From an uncultured Clostridia bacterium (GTDB lineage Bacteria > Bacillota > Clostridia > TANB77 > CAG-508): 49,117 nt of DNA. Position numbers and translations under genes: made by a program. The stretch covers positions 1 to 49,117 of the forward strand of contig CALXUH010000033.1 of assembly GCA_944391645.1 (NCBI GenBank), in the 5' to 3' direction. A model generated the notes under the pieces. The model saw only the letters and a list, made by a program, of their open reading frames with translations, made no database searches and was not told the DNA's origin. Each line of letters begins with the position of its first letter. The first letter of the stretch is position 1. Below, in pieces: positions 9,845 through 20,680 of the stretch.

Positions 9845-10504
9845 TTATAACAATCTTGTGTCATTTATTATTAATTCAAACCATATATTTAAATATTTTG
9901 CTGCATATTTACTCATTCTTGTCCTTTCCATAAAAATTTCAAAGTAATCAAGAACAGGGCAAATATTTGTATCTATACTTAAATTTAGCATAACTCTTCT
10001 GTGTTCTTTATCTATTTCTAGTTTTGTATTTGTTACTGCATAATTAACTCTATCATGTATTTCAAAAGATGATTTATTTGGATTTACAACTCTATCTCTA
10101 TGCACATCTGATTTATCTGCTAAAATAAGAGCTGCAGAAATGTCACTTACTGCTGTTCCTGTAGATTCATCGTGATTTCCAATTGCAGACATTATTTCTG
10201 TTCTATCTTTTATATCCATTCCCATTTCTTTCAAAATATTGTATGCCATAATGGCACCGCTATGAGCATGGTCTACTCTATTTACACCATTTCCAATATC
10301 ATGTAAAAATCCAGCTATTTTTGCTAATTCTATTCTATGCTCATCATATCCTAAATCCTGTAAAATTTTTGCTGCTCTATTCGATACTATACTAACATGT
10401 CTAATTGAGTGTTCTGTATATCCCAGCGCATTTAATTGTCTTTGTGCCCCAATTATTAATTCTTGTACTTCCGGATTATTTTTTACATCTTCAAAAGTTA
10501 CCAT
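9845..10504 (-). CDS. HD-domain phosphohydrolase
   Basis: Contains the HD motif (FLHDIGN) and further His/Asp ligands (HAHSG, NHDEST). I prefer ATG 10504 with a GGAGG SD 6 nt upstream over the ORF-track start at 10522. Confidence 0.75.
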   Translation of the reverse strand: MVTFEDVKNNPEVQELIIGAQRQLNALGYTEHSIRHVSIVSNRAAKILQDLGYDEHRIELAKIAGFLHDIGNGVNRVDHAHSGAIMAYNILKEMGMDIKDRTEIMSAIGNHDESTGTAVSDISAALILADKSDVHRDRVVNPNKSSFEIHDRVNYAVTNTKLEIDKEHRRVMLNLSIDTNICPVLDYFEIFMERTRMSKYAAKYLNIWFELIINDTRLL

Positions 10505-10529
10505 TATTAACCTCCATTTCAATTATTGT

Positions 10530-12968
10530 CTAATCTATATCGCTATCATCATAAAAGAATTTTAATATTTGAGATTTTTCATCTTTTGTTGGTTCTATAG
10601 TGGTTTTACTTGATGCACTTCTTTTTAATATTTGTTTTTCATCAATAAGTTCATACATGTTCTTTTTCTTTCTAGGTGCTTCTTCATATAATGTTACATT
10701 ATTTGTATTTTGTTTTATATTTGTTTTGTTTTGCATAAATAACGTATTTGTTATTTCCTCAATTTTTTTATTTAAAATCCTTTCATTTTCTTTTTGTATT
10801 GATTTTATTTTTTTGTCTATCCATTGTTCCATTTCTAGTTTTTTTACTTTTTCACGTTCTAAAATAGAAAGATTTAGCTTGTTTATCATCCCCTCTATTT
10901 TTTCTATATTATTTGCTTTTGCAATTTTAGTATCAATATATGTTTTTATTTTTACTTGTAAATTTTTATTTTGCTCAGAATTCTTTTTTTGTGCATTTAT
11001 AATATCTTTACCAATTTTAGTTAATTCATTGCTCATTTTTATGCTAAACTTATTATAAGTTTCTTTTAAACTATCTATATCTTCATTATCTTGATTTTCT
11101 ATTATACTTTTTAACTGTTGCTTGACATTTAACAATTCCTGCTGTATTGCTATAATTGTATTATCATTTTTTTCTTTTATATCCTCAATTTCACTTGAAA
11201 TATTTTCTAATTGATTTCTATTTGTGTCAATGTTATTTATAATTTGTTTATTTATTTCTTTTTTTATTTGTTCAACTTCTAATAATGTATCGTCTTTAAT
11301 GCTTGTAATATTATTATTTATGTTTAATATGTCATTACTATTTTTTTCTATATTTAATATAATATCTTGAATACTGGCATTTATCTTTTCATTTGTTTTT
11401 TTATCTAATTGCATATAATTCTTGTTATTTTCTTGATTTATAGCATCTAGTTTTAATAGTAAATTTTCTTCTAATGCTTTTATTTTTTCTTGTTCTTGTA
11501 GTAATTTGTCATCTGTTAGATTTATTTTTGAGTCTAATTTAATATTTTTATTTTTAGTAATTTCTTTTAGCTTATTTATAGCCTCTCTGGTTTGTTCAAT
11601 CTGCTTTGACCAACTAACTTTTAAATTAGAAATTACAGTTGCATTATTTTGTATATAATTATTAATTTTTAATAAAATTTTATTTAGTTCCTCTATTTGG
11701 CTTTGATCACCTTTTGCTTGTATTGTTATGTTTACTTTTTCTATTTCCTCTTTTAATTTATTTATTTCCTCATTACTATTTACAATAATTTCATCTGTTT
11801 GTTGTGTTTTTTGTTGTAAGTTATTTATTAAGGTTGTATTATTTAGCAAATTCGTATTCAATTGTTCTATTTCTTTTGTATGCTTTTTCTCCAATTTAAT
11901 TATTGAATTTGCATTATCTTTAACCTTTAATTTAATTTTTTCTATCTTGTCTGCCAGATTTTTATTATTTTTATTTGTTACTAATTCATTATCCTTTATT
12001 TTTACAGTTAATGCTTGAATACTGTCTGCTTGTTTTTGTTGTAACCCAGTAAATAAATTTTGTACATTTTTTATATTTTCTTGAGAAATTTCTTTTTCTT
12101 TATTAATTTGATCAGATAATAAATCTATTCCATTTTCAATTTTTTTTATATTTTCATCTATGTTTTCCTTTTCTGTTGTCACCTTTGCTTCTAATGTATT
12201 TAAATTATTTGAATTGTCTTCTATACTTAATTCTAATTTTTCGTTTTTATTTATGATTAATTCCTGTAATTTTGTTATTTCTTCTGCATTTTGTTGAAGG
12301 TCTTTTTGTACCTGTTCAAGATTATTTAAAAATTGCTCATTTAATTTATTAACATTATTTAATGACTGTTCTTCAATCTTTTTTATCTGTACATCAAGGT
12401 TTTCATATTTTTCTTTTATTTTTTTATCAAATTTATTAGTTATTCCTGTATAATCTATATTTTTAATTTGTTGATTAGCATCTTTTAGTTCCCTTGAAAC
12501 GTCTTTTTTATATGCTTCTCCATCCTTTATATATTTTTGCAAATTTTTATCTATTTTATCAACATCTTCTTTTAATGCATAATTATTTTTTAAGTCTGTT
12601 ATATCATTTTCATTTTTTTGTAGTAATTTAAAATAATATTCTGTTTTAGCATCATTTAATTCTGTTGCAATTTTATTACTTTCTTTTTCAAGTTCTTTCC
12701 TTAGTGTTTTTTTTGTTTCTTCTATATTTTTGTTATAAGTATTATTTATTTCCTGTAAATTTTTTTCAATATTTTTTAGTTTAGATGCTATATTTGAATT
12801 TGCAACATCTTCTCCAAATCTTGCAGAAACAAAATCTACTAATTCCTCAATTTTTTTATTTTGTTCTTCTATTTGTGCCCCAAAAGATTTCTTTTGAAAT
12901 TCATACATTTTTTCTAATTCTTCTGTACTTATATAATTATTATCTTTATCCTTATTACCTTTAAACAT
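10530..12968 (-). CDS. 812-aa Lys/Asn/Glu/Ile-rich coiled-coil protein
   Basis: Long uninterrupted ORF whose composition is heptad-like throughout. I recognised no enzymatic motif. Confidence 0.7.
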   Translation of the reverse strand: MFKGNKDKDNNYISTEELEKMYEFQKKSFGAQIEEQNKKIEELVDFVSARFGEDVANSNIASKLKNIEKNLQEINNTYNKNIEETKKTLRKELEKESNKIATELNDAKTEYYFKLLQKNENDITDLKNNYALKEDVDKIDKNLQKYIKDGEAYKKDVSRELKDANQQIKNIDYTGITNKFDKKIKEKYENLDVQIKKIEEQSLNNVNKLNEQFLNNLEQVQKDLQQNAEEITKLQELIINKNEKLELSIEDNSNNLNTLEAKVTTEKENIDENIKKIENGIDLLSDQINKEKEISQENIKNVQNLFTGLQQKQADSIQALTVKIKDNELVTNKNNKNLADKIEKIKLKVKDNANSIIKLEKKHTKEIEQLNTNLLNNTTLINNLQQKTQQTDEIIVNSNEEINKLKEEIEKVNITIQAKGDQSQIEELNKILLKINNYIQNNATVISNLKVSWSKQIEQTREAINKLKEITKNKNIKLDSKINLTDDKLLQEQEKIKALEENLLLKLDAINQENNKNYMQLDKKTNEKINASIQDIILNIEKNSNDILNINNNITSIKDDTLLEVEQIKKEINKQIINNIDTNRNQLENISSEIEDIKEKNDNTIIAIQQELLNVKQQLKSIIENQDNEDIDSLKETYNKFSIKMSNELTKIGKDIINAQKKNSEQNKNLQVKIKTYIDTKIAKANNIEKIEGMINKLNLSILEREKVKKLEMEQWIDKKIKSIQKENERILNKKIEEITNTLFMQNKTNIKQNTNNVTLYEEAPRKKKNMYELIDEKQILKRSASSKTTIEPTKDEKSQILKFFYDDSDID

Positions 12969-13107
12969 ATTTTCTCCTCAAATATATTTTTACATATATA
13001 TTTTTATCACAAAAAGCTTCTCATGTAAATATTTATTTTAAAAAAAGATTAATTATTAATTTCTATTTTTCAGTTATAAAATATCTATTTTTGATTTTTT
13101 TAGCTTC

Positions 13108-13154
13108 AATCAAATAACCCCAATTATTAGACTTTTTTCGTCTAATAATTAGGG
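13108..13154 (-). terminator. intrinsic terminator downstream of gmk
   Basis: The minus-strand RNA CCCUAAUUAUUAGAC-GAAAAAA-GUCUAAUAAUUGGGG forms a 15-bp stem with one G-U pair. It is followed by UUAUUUGAUU. Confidence 0.6.
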
Positions 13155-13185
13155 CTTAAACTTACAACTACGAATCTTTATAATA

Positions 13186-13752
13186 TTATTGGCATAATTT
13201 TTTTTCGTTTTCAATAATTGTCATTATTATTTGAACTGTTTTTTCTAAATTGTTATTTTTTAATACATAGTCATACATTCCAATTTTTGATTCTTCATAA
13301 TCAAATCTGTTTAATCTTAATTCTATCTCTTTTATAGTTGGTTTATCTTTTCTATGTTCTAATCTTTTTCTTAATTCTTCCTTAGGCACTCTCAAAAAAA
13401 TTGTAACTACTTTTGTATCTTCTTTTAATAGCTCAATTAAATTTTCTGTACCATTTACATCCATATCTTTTACTATTATTTTGCCAGTTTTTATTTTTTC
13501 ATTCATTAATTTTCTTGATGTACCATAATAATGTTTATGGTGAAGGCTATATTCATATAGCTCATTATTTTTTATCATGTTTTCAAATTCTTCAGTTGTA
13601 ACATGATTATACATGGTTCCGGGTACTTCATCTATTCTAACTGGTCTGTCTGTGTATGATGGTAATGATATTACATCTTCCATTCTTTTAATTAATTCTT
13701 TTTTTATAGTATCTTTCCCAGCACCAGATACTCCTGATAATAATACTAGCAT
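13186..13752 (-). CDS. gmk: guanylate kinase (divergent)
   Basis: P-loop GVSGAGKDT, then YTDRPVRIDEVPGTMYNHVTTEEF and YYGTSRK. Its start overlaps the 3' end of rpoZ by 7 nt. Confidence 0.8.
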   Translation of the reverse strand: MLVLLSGVSGAGKDTIKKELIKRMEDVISLPSYTDRPVRIDEVPGTMYNHVTTEEFENMIKNNELYEYSLHHKHYYGTSRKLMNEKIKTGKIIVKDMDVNGTENLIELLKEDTKVVTIFLRVPKEELRKRLEHRKDKPTIKEIELRLNRFDYEESKIGMYDYVLKNNNLEKTVQIIMTIIENEKKLCQ

Positions 13753-13946
13753 TCTATTTTCACCTTGCCTTCTGCAATTTCATTAGCTGCTAATGTTACT
13801 GTTGATCTTTCTTTTACATCAGTTAAGGCTTTTTCACCACTTGATAATTCTCTTGCTCTTTTGGCTGTTGCTATTACTAATTCAAATCTGTTATCTACAA
13901 TTTGTAATAAATCTGTAACTGTTGGTTTAATAATCATTTTTTTCAT
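13746..13946 (-). CDS. rpoZ: DNA-directed RNA polymerase omega subunit
   Basis: 66 aa with the NRFELVIATAKRAREL core typical of RpoZ. Confidence 0.8.
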   Translation of the reverse strand: MKKMIIKPTVTDLLQIVDNRFELVIATAKRARELSSGEKALTDVKERSTVTLAANEIAEGKVKIEC

Positions 13947-13949
13947 CTC

Positions 13950-14198
13950 CTAATCATTATTCATTTCTTTATCTAATCTACTTGCTAATGTTTCTGGTTG
14001 CAATGCTGATAAAATAACATGTCCTGAATCCATAACAATAACTGCTTTTGTTTTTCTTCCGCAAGTTGCATCTACTGCCATTTTGCTATCTTTTGAATCT
14101 TGTATCATTCTTTTTATTGGTGCCGCTTCTGGGCTTACTATTGAAACTATTTTTATTGCAGAAACTACGTTTCCAAAACCCACATTTAATAATTGCAT
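13950..14198 (-). CDS. remA: RemA/DUF370 family regulator
   Basis: Motifs [53 protein letters not shown] are close to Bacillus RemA. Confidence 0.9.
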   Translation of the reverse strand: MQLLNVGFGNVVSAIKIVSIVSPEAAPIKRMIQDSKDSKMAVDATCGRKTKAVIVMDSGHVILSALQPETLASRLDKEMNND

Positions 14199-14211
14199 AC
14201 ATTTTCTCCCT

Positions 14212-15090
14212 TTATTCTATGTTTTGTACCTGTTCTCTGATATTTTCTATTTCTGTTTTTATATCTACAACTAAATTTGTAATTTCTAGATTATTTGCTT
14301 TAGATCCTATAGTATTTGTTTCTCTATTCATTTCTTGAATTAAAAAATCTAATTTTTTCCCTATTGGCTTTGATTCATCTAATAAATTCAAAAATTGAGA
14401 TATATGACTTCTTAATCTTGTAAGTTCTTCTTCAATAGAACATTTATCTGAATAAATTACTATCTCCTGTGCAAGTCTTGTTTCATCTACTATAGTTGTT
14501 TTTAATAGTTCATCTACCCTCTTTTTTAATTTTACTACATATTCCTCAACAAGTCCAGTAGATTTTTCATTTATTTCTTCAATTTTATCTTTTATATACA
14601 TTATTCTGTTTTTTATATCTTCTTTTATTTTTTCTCCTTCATTTTCTCTCATTAATAAAAGACTGGTTATTGCATTATTTAAACATTCTGATAATTCTTG
14701 CCATAATATATTTTCGTCATTTTCTTCTATTTGAATATTGAGTACCTCTGGCATTTTAGCAATTTCTGTTATACCAATATTATTAATTATTCCTGTTTCT
14801 TCTTGTAATTTTATTAATTCTTCTATATATTGTTTGGCAATTTCCTCATTGATTTTTATTTTTTTACCTTTTTCACTATTATTTATAAAATTAATAAATA
14901 CATCTACTTTTCCACGAAATATTGAATTTGATATTAAAATTTTTGTTTTTTCTTCTAAAAAGCTAATATTTCTAGGCATTTTTATACTTATATCACTATA
15001 CCTATTATTTACAGATTTTATTTCTACTTCATATGTTCGTCCTTCATTTTCATATTTTCCTCTTCCATATCCAGTCATGCTCCTTAGCAT
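14212..15090 (-). CDS. yicC: YicC/YloC family endoribonuclease
   Basis: N-terminus [11 protein letters not shown] and the C-terminal DUF1732 motif [17 protein letters not shown]. Confidence 0.9.
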   Translation of the reverse strand: MLRSMTGYGRGKYENEGRTYEVEIKSVNNRYSDISIKMPRNISFLEEKTKILISNSIFRGKVDVFINFINNSEKGKKIKINEEIAKQYIEELIKLQEETGIINNIGITEIAKMPEVLNIQIEENDENILWQELSECLNNAITSLLLMRENEGEKIKEDIKNRIMYIKDKIEEINEKSTGLVEEYVVKLKKRVDELLKTTIVDETRLAQEIVIYSDKCSIEEELTRLRSHISQFLNLLDESKPIGKKLDFLIQEMNRETNTIGSKANNLEITNLVVDIKTEIENIREQVQNIE

Positions 15091-15122
15091 AATTTTTTTC
15101 CTCCTTTATGTACTATTATTTT

Positions 15123-15719
15123 CTATTTTTGATTTTTTTTAGGTCTTCCTCTTTTTCTTTTTGGTTTTTCCTCAATTTTTGGTTTATTTCTTTCAAGCTG
15201 TTCTTTTGCTAATTCGTCTTGACTTTCCTTCTTTACAATTTGAATTATATCATTTTTTTCTTTTAAATATTTGTTTTTTTCATTTTTATATATTATAAAA
15301 CATTTTATAATATAATATACTGTAAAATATATTCCTATCATGGAATTCCACATATTATTTCTTTCAATTAAAAAATATGGTGCAATTAATGTGGTTATTG
15401 CTAAAAACAAAGTCTCAATACTAGTAATTGTAATTAATGTACTTTCATCTTTCTTATAGGCAATTTCAAACAACACTATTGTAATTATTAATAAAATTGT
15501 ACTTAAGGTCTTATATATTATCAAACATAAATTTTTCTCTATATTTATAGATATATATTTTAATACAATAAAAAAAATCAGTATTGTGATTGATAAAATT
15601 AAATTCAAAAATACATGTTTATTTATTTTATCTTTTGTTTCTTTATTTAACCTTCTTTCCTTACTAATTTTTTCTATTGTTTCTAATTGTATTTTTCTCA
15701 CTTTATTAAACTCCTCCAA
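15123..15719 (-). CDS. membrane protein with basic AT-hook-like C-terminal tail
   Basis: 198 aa with about 4 TM helices. The tail PKRKRGRPKKNQK contains an RGRP core. Confidence 0.6.
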   Translation of the reverse strand: MEEFNKVRKIQLETIEKISKERRLNKETKDKINKHVFLNLILSITILIFFIVLKYISINIEKNLCLIIYKTLSTILLIITIVLFEIAYKKDESTLITITSIETLFLAITTLIAPYFLIERNNMWNSMIGIYFTVYYIIKCFIIYKNEKNKYLKEKNDIIQIVKKESQDELAKEQLERNKPKIEEKPKRKRGRPKKNQK

Positions 15720-16458
15720 AATCAGCTAGTTCATATAAAATAATACTTGTCATGGCAATAGATACTGTTTCTGTTCTTAGTATTCTATTTCCTAGTGTTA
15801 CTATTTTACAATTACTTTGCTCTAACATTTTTATTTCTTGTTCATCAAATCCGCCTTCAGGTCCTATTATAATTGCTATTTTTAAATCTTTTTGGGGTAA
15901 TTTTACTAGTACTTCTTTTAATGTAGTTATTTTTTCCTTTTCATATGGTACTAATACTATATCATAATTTTTTAGAATATTGCAAATATTTTTTATTTTA
16001 ATAACATTATTTATATTAGGTATCTTATCTCTACCACTTTGCTTTGCAGCAACTTCTGCAATTTTTCTCCATCTTTCTAGTTTTTTGTTTTCTGTTTTTC
16101 CATCTAATTTAACTACACATCTTTCCATTTCTACAGGAGTAATTTCTTTAACTCCTAATTCTGTACATTTTTGAATAATAAGCTCCATTTTTTCAAACTT
16201 TGGAATACCCTGAAAAATATGTATATGTGTATTTGCTTCTGTTTTTGATTCAATTTCCTCAATTATCTTGCATTTAATATCTTCTTTATTTATATCTATA
16301 ATTTTGACTTTATAATTTATGCCACTATCCTCATTACATATTTGTATTTCATTTTCAGCTTTTAGTCTTAAAACATTTGCTATATGATTAACATCTGTTC
16401 CTATTATATTTATAATATTATTTTTTATTTGATTATTTTTTACAAAAAATTTTGGCAT
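15706..16458 (-). CDS. rsmE: 16S rRNA (uracil1498-N3)-methyltransferase
   Basis: 250 aa with a PUA-like N-terminus and a SPOUT C-terminus carrying the IIIGPEGGF motif. Confidence 0.85.
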   Translation of the reverse strand: MPKFFVKNNQIKNNIINIIGTDVNHIANVLRLKAENEIQICNEDSGINYKVKIIDINKEDIKCKIIEEIESKTEANTHIHIFQGIPKFEKMELIIQKCTELGVKEITPVEMERCVVKLDGKTENKKLERWRKIAEVAAKQSGRDKIPNINNVIKIKNICNILKNYDIVLVPYEKEKITTLKEVLVKLPQKDLKIAIIIGPEGGFDEQEIKMLEQSNCKIVTLGNRILRTETVSIAMTSIILYELADFGGV

Positions 16459-16532
16459 AATACTTCCTTTCTTTCAAGCAAATATTATACCATATATTTT
16501 TTTATAATTCTAGATACTCTGCGTTAAAACAA

Positions 16533-17972
16533 TTATAATTCTACTATTCCACCTATTGCACTATTTAAGCATGCTTCACACGTATCAAGATTTGCTAGTG
16601 CTTTATTACCACCTGCAACTACTATCTTATCTCCCTTTTGTATTAATTTTTCTTCACGCAATGCTCTTACTCCAACATGTAATAACTCATCTATTGATTC
16701 TTGTGGTTCAAACAATTTTGGAGTTATATTCCAGCACAATCCTAATTGTCTATATGTAACTTTATTTTGTGTGATTGCAAATATTGGGCAACCTGGTCCA
16801 AAACTTGCAACTTTTCTTGGCATATCTCCTGTATCTGTATATGCAACTATTGCTTTGGCCTCTAAACTTTCTGCTGTTCCACATATTGCATAATTTATAT
16901 TAAATTCATAATCAAAATCTTTTAATTTATATTCTCTTTTTCTAAAACGTTTCCAGTATTTTATAGAATTTTCAACTGCAACAGCAATTTTGCTCATTGT
17001 TTTTACACATTCTACTGGAAATAGTCCGGTTGCTGTTTCTCCTGATAACATTATTGCAGATGTTCCATCAAATATTGCATTTGCTACATCGCTTACTTCT
17101 GCTCTTGTTGGTCTTGGATTAACAATCATTGACTCTAGCATCTGTGTTGCTGTAATTACTGGTTTTCCTTGTGTATACGTTTTTTTAATAAATTGCTTTT
17201 GCAAAATTGGAACCTCTTCCATAGGAATTTCTACTCCTAGGTCACCTCTTGCCACCATTATTCCATCTGATACATCTAATATTGCGTCAAAATTATCAAT
17301 ACCTTCTCTATTTTCAATTTTAGATATTATTTTTATATGTTCTCCATTATTTTCCTTAAGAACTTGCCTTATCTCTAAAACATCTTGAGGTTTCCTTATA
17401 AAAGAGGCAGCAATATAGTCAAAACCTGCTTCTATTCCATATTTTATATCTTCTATATCTTTTTGAGTAATACCTGGTAAATTAACAATAAAATCTGGTA
17501 TATTAATGCTTTTTCTATTTGTTAATTTTCCTCCCTGTATTACCTCACATACAATATCTTTACCTTGTATTTCTTTTACTTTAAGCTCAATAGTTCCATC
17601 ATTTACAAGTACAGTTCTTCCAATATCTATTTCATTATATAAATTTTTATATGTAATAGATACTTTACTATCATCTCCTAATATATCGTCATGTAATAAT
17701 GTAAATGTTGCTCCATTTACTAAAACTGCTTTGTCATCTTTAAATTTTCCTATTCTTATTTCTGGACCTTGTGTGTCTAATAATAATGGTATTGGTAATC
17801 CTAATTCATCTCTTATCTTTTTAAACATTTTTATTCTTTCGTCTTGGTCTTTATAATTTCCATGTGAAAAGTTTATTCTTCCAACATTCATTCCTGCAAG
17901 CATCAAATTTTTTAAGACTTCTGGATCATCTGTTGCAGGTCCCATAGTACAAACAATTTTAGTTTTTCTCAT
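16533..17972 (-). CDS. pyk: pyruvate kinase
   Basis: 479 aa with MRKTKIVCTMGPA, MVARGDLGVEIP and other pyruvate kinase signatures. Confidence 0.93.
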   Translation of the reverse strand: MRKTKIVCTMGPATDDPEVLKNLMLAGMNVGRINFSHGNYKDQDERIKMFKKIRDELGLPIPLLLDTQGPEIRIGKFKDDKAVLVNGATFTLLHDDILGDDSKVSITYKNLYNEIDIGRTVLVNDGTIELKVKEIQGKDIVCEVIQGGKLTNRKSINIPDFIVNLPGITQKDIEDIKYGIEAGFDYIAASFIRKPQDVLEIRQVLKENNGEHIKIISKIENREGIDNFDAILDVSDGIMVARGDLGVEIPMEEVPILQKQFIKKTYTQGKPVITATQMLESMIVNPRPTRAEVSDVANAIFDGTSAIMLSGETATGLFPVECVKTMSKIAVAVENSIKYWKRFRKREYKLKDFDYEFNINYAICGTAESLEAKAIVAYTDTGDMPRKVASFGPGCPIFAITQNKVTYRQLGLCWNITPKLFEPQESIDELLHVGVRALREEKLIQKGDKIVVAGGNKALANLDTCEACLNSAIGGIVEL

Positions 17973-18001
17973 ATTTTTACCTCTTTCATTACCCTAATAT
18001 T

Positions 18002-20569
18002 TTATTTTGTTATCCATTTTACTAAATTTAAATTTTCTGAATCTAAAATCATATCTAATTTAGGCATTACTCTAAATGTGTAGCCATAATTTCCGCCTGT
18101 TTTCATTTGTATTTCTGCTTCATATGTATATATTCTTTTTTCATCATCTTTTTCTTTTAGTTCCATTGTTACAATTGTAGTATTTTCTAAGGTTCCATTG
18201 TCTAAAATTCTACCACAATATGTTTGCACCATTATGTTTTCTTCACTAATATTAGGTAATTTTACTTTGCAAGTTACTTTTATTTTATCTCCTGCATCTA
18301 TAGTAATATTATCTAAATTGTTTTCATCTTGTGTAATTATTATATCATTCCAATTGTCATATAAATTTTGTTTTATACTATTAAATTCTGTAACCTTTCC
18401 TAAATCAGTGTAGTATTTATTAGTTAAATTACATAGTGGTATATATAAATTTTTTGTATAATCTACTAACATTCTTGCTGTACTGTATCTTCCTCCTGTA
18501 GAAATTATAGAATTTTTCATTAAATTCATCCATTGCTCTGAAATACCATTTTTGTTTTTATTATAATATGCTGGTATTATTTTGTTTTCTAGTGTATTAT
18601 AAATACTTTCACTATCAGCTAAATCTTGCTCTTCATATGAATCATATTCAGCATTTGTTCCAATTGCCCATCCATTTTTTGTATTATAGCCTTCAGCCCA
18701 CCATCCATCTAATACACTAAAGTTTACAACACCATTTACAGAAGCTTTTTCTCCACTTGTTCCTGAAGCTTCCATTGGTCTTCTAGGATTATTTAGCCAT
18801 ACATCAACACCAGAAACTAAATGTCTTGCTATACCAATATTATAATTTTCTAGTAATATTATTTTACCTTTAAATTGTGGCATAATTGATATTTCATGTA
18901 TTCTTTTAATTAAATTTTGTCCTTCTATATCCTTTGGGTGTGCTTTACCTGCAAAAATTAATTGTACTGGTTTTTCCTTATCATTCAAAATTTCAGTTAT
19001 TCTTTCTAAGTCTTTAAATATTAATGTTGCTCTTTTATATGTTGCAAATCTTCTTGCGAATCCAATAGTTAAAACATTTGGATCTAATTTTGATGTTATT
19101 TCTTTTATTTCCTCATAATGTTTTCCAGCTTTTTTTAGTCTAGTAGTAACATTCTTTTTTACTAAATCTAATAATTTTTCTTTCCTTACTTGATGCTCTT
19201 TCCATAATTTTTCATCTGGAATATCTTTTATTTTTTCCCATGTTTTATTATCATAAATTTTGTCTTGCCAATAAACCTCTAAATATTCGTTATATAAATT
19301 TTTTAAATTTGGTGCAAGCCATGTGCATGTATGCACACCATTTGTTACATAGGTTATTGGTGACTCTTTTGGAGATATTTCTGGCCATACTTCACTAAAT
19401 AATTCTCTTGAAACCTCCCCATGTAATTTACTTACTCCATTTTTCTTTCCTGCAATTTTTAATGCAAGAATTCCCATATTAAACTGAGTTTTATTTTTTT
19501 CCTTTGGTTTCATTCCTAAACTTAAGAATTCATCCTCAGTAATTCCTAATTTTTCCCAATATTTATCAAAATATTTTTTTACTAATTCCACAGGAAATAT
19601 ATCGTTTCCTGCTGGTACAGGTGTATGTGTTGTAAATACAGTTTTAGAAGTTACTATGTCTCTTGCAATATTAAAAGATATATGTTTTTCTTCTATTATA
19701 TTTTTTATTGCTTCTAATACAAGGAATGACGAATGTCCCTCATTCATATGGTAAACAGTTGGCAATAATTGTAGCTCTTTAAGCACAGTTACTCCACCAA
19801 TGCCTAATACTATCTCTTGCCTAATTCTCATTTCTTGGTCTCCACCATATAGTCTTAATGTTATTCCTCTGTTTGCTTCTTTATTTTCTGGAATATCCGT
19901 GTCTAGCAAATATAGATTAACTCTTCCTACTTCTATTTTCCAAACCTTTACATATACTCTTTCTTTTCCTATTTTTAGTTCAACAAGTAGGTCCTCTCCT
20001 GTTTCTGTTTTAACAGGATATATAGGCATATTATCTAATTCAATGTCTTTATATTCTGTTTGTTGGGAACCATATTTATCAATTATTTGGTGAAAATATC
20101 CATTTTTATATAATAAACCTATTGCAACTAATGGAATACCTAAATCACTTGCTGATTTTAAATGGTCTCCTGAAAGAATTCCTAATCCACCTGAATATAT
20201 TGGTAGAGTTTCATCTAAACCATATTCTGCTGAAAAATATGCAATTAAATCATTTTTATTTTCTGGGTATGTTTTATTAAACCATGTATTTTTACTTTGC
20301 ATATATGACTTAAAATTGTTTAAATTTTCCTCATATTCTTTTACTATTTTTTCATTTTTAGCTGCATTTTCTAGTTTTTCTTGTTCCACTAATTTTAAGA
20401 ATTTTACAGGGTTTTTATCACACTTTTCCCATAAGTCTATGTCAATTTGTTTAAATATCTTCAAAAATTCTGTATTCCATGACCACCATAAATTATTTGC
20501 TATTGCTCCTAATTCTCCTATTTGTTTTGGTAATTGTGGTGTAACTGTAATTTTATTAAAAATATACAT
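18002..20569 (-). CDS. alpha-glucan family phosphorylase (GT35)
   Basis: 855 aa with GGLGILSGDHLKSASDLGIP and the PLP-site region EASGTSGEKASVNG. Confidence 0.9.
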   Translation of the reverse strand: MYIFNKITVTPQLPKQIGELGAIANNLWWSWNTEFLKIFKQIDIDLWEKCDKNPVKFLKLVEQEKLENAAKNEKIVKEYEENLNNFKSYMQSKNTWFNKTYPENKNDLIAYFSAEYGLDETLPIYSGGLGILSGDHLKSASDLGIPLVAIGLLYKNGYFHQIIDKYGSQQTEYKDIELDNMPIYPVKTETGEDLLVELKIGKERVYVKVWKIEVGRVNLYLLDTDIPENKEANRGITLRLYGGDQEMRIRQEIVLGIGGVTVLKELQLLPTVYHMNEGHSSFLVLEAIKNIIEEKHISFNIARDIVTSKTVFTTHTPVPAGNDIFPVELVKKYFDKYWEKLGITEDEFLSLGMKPKEKNKTQFNMGILALKIAGKKNGVSKLHGEVSRELFSEVWPEISPKESPITYVTNGVHTCTWLAPNLKNLYNEYLEVYWQDKIYDNKTWEKIKDIPDEKLWKEHQVRKEKLLDLVKKNVTTRLKKAGKHYEEIKEITSKLDPNVLTIGFARRFATYKRATLIFKDLERITEILNDKEKPVQLIFAGKAHPKDIEGQNLIKRIHEISIMPQFKGKIILLENYNIGIARHLVSGVDVWLNNPRRPMEASGTSGEKASVNGVVNFSVLDGWWAEGYNTKNGWAIGTNAEYDSYEEQDLADSESIYNTLENKIIPAYYNKNKNGISEQWMNLMKNSIISTGGRYSTARMLVDYTKNLYIPLCNLTNKYYTDLGKVTEFNSIKQNLYDNWNDIIITQDENNLDNITIDAGDKIKVTCKVKLPNISEENIMVQTYCGRILDNGTLENTTIVTMELKEKDDEKRIYTYEAEIQMKTGGNYGYTFRVMPKLDMILDSENLNLVKWITK

Positions 20570-20680
20570 TTTTTTGCCTCCTTAGTTATTCTTATAATAT
20601 CTTAAGTAATAAATTTTACATATTTATTATCTACTAAATTTATTTTTTTGTCAATAAACTTTTTTATATTGCTTTTTATT

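Noticed and set aside
12969-13185. Possible tRNA or small-RNA genes in the longer intergenic spacers (12969..13185, 29320..29719, 37790..37975, 47834..48157).
   Set aside because: I could not find a cloverleaf-compatible sequence, GTTCxAxTC T-loop boxes or conserved riboswitch cores. These spacers contain only promoters and terminators.
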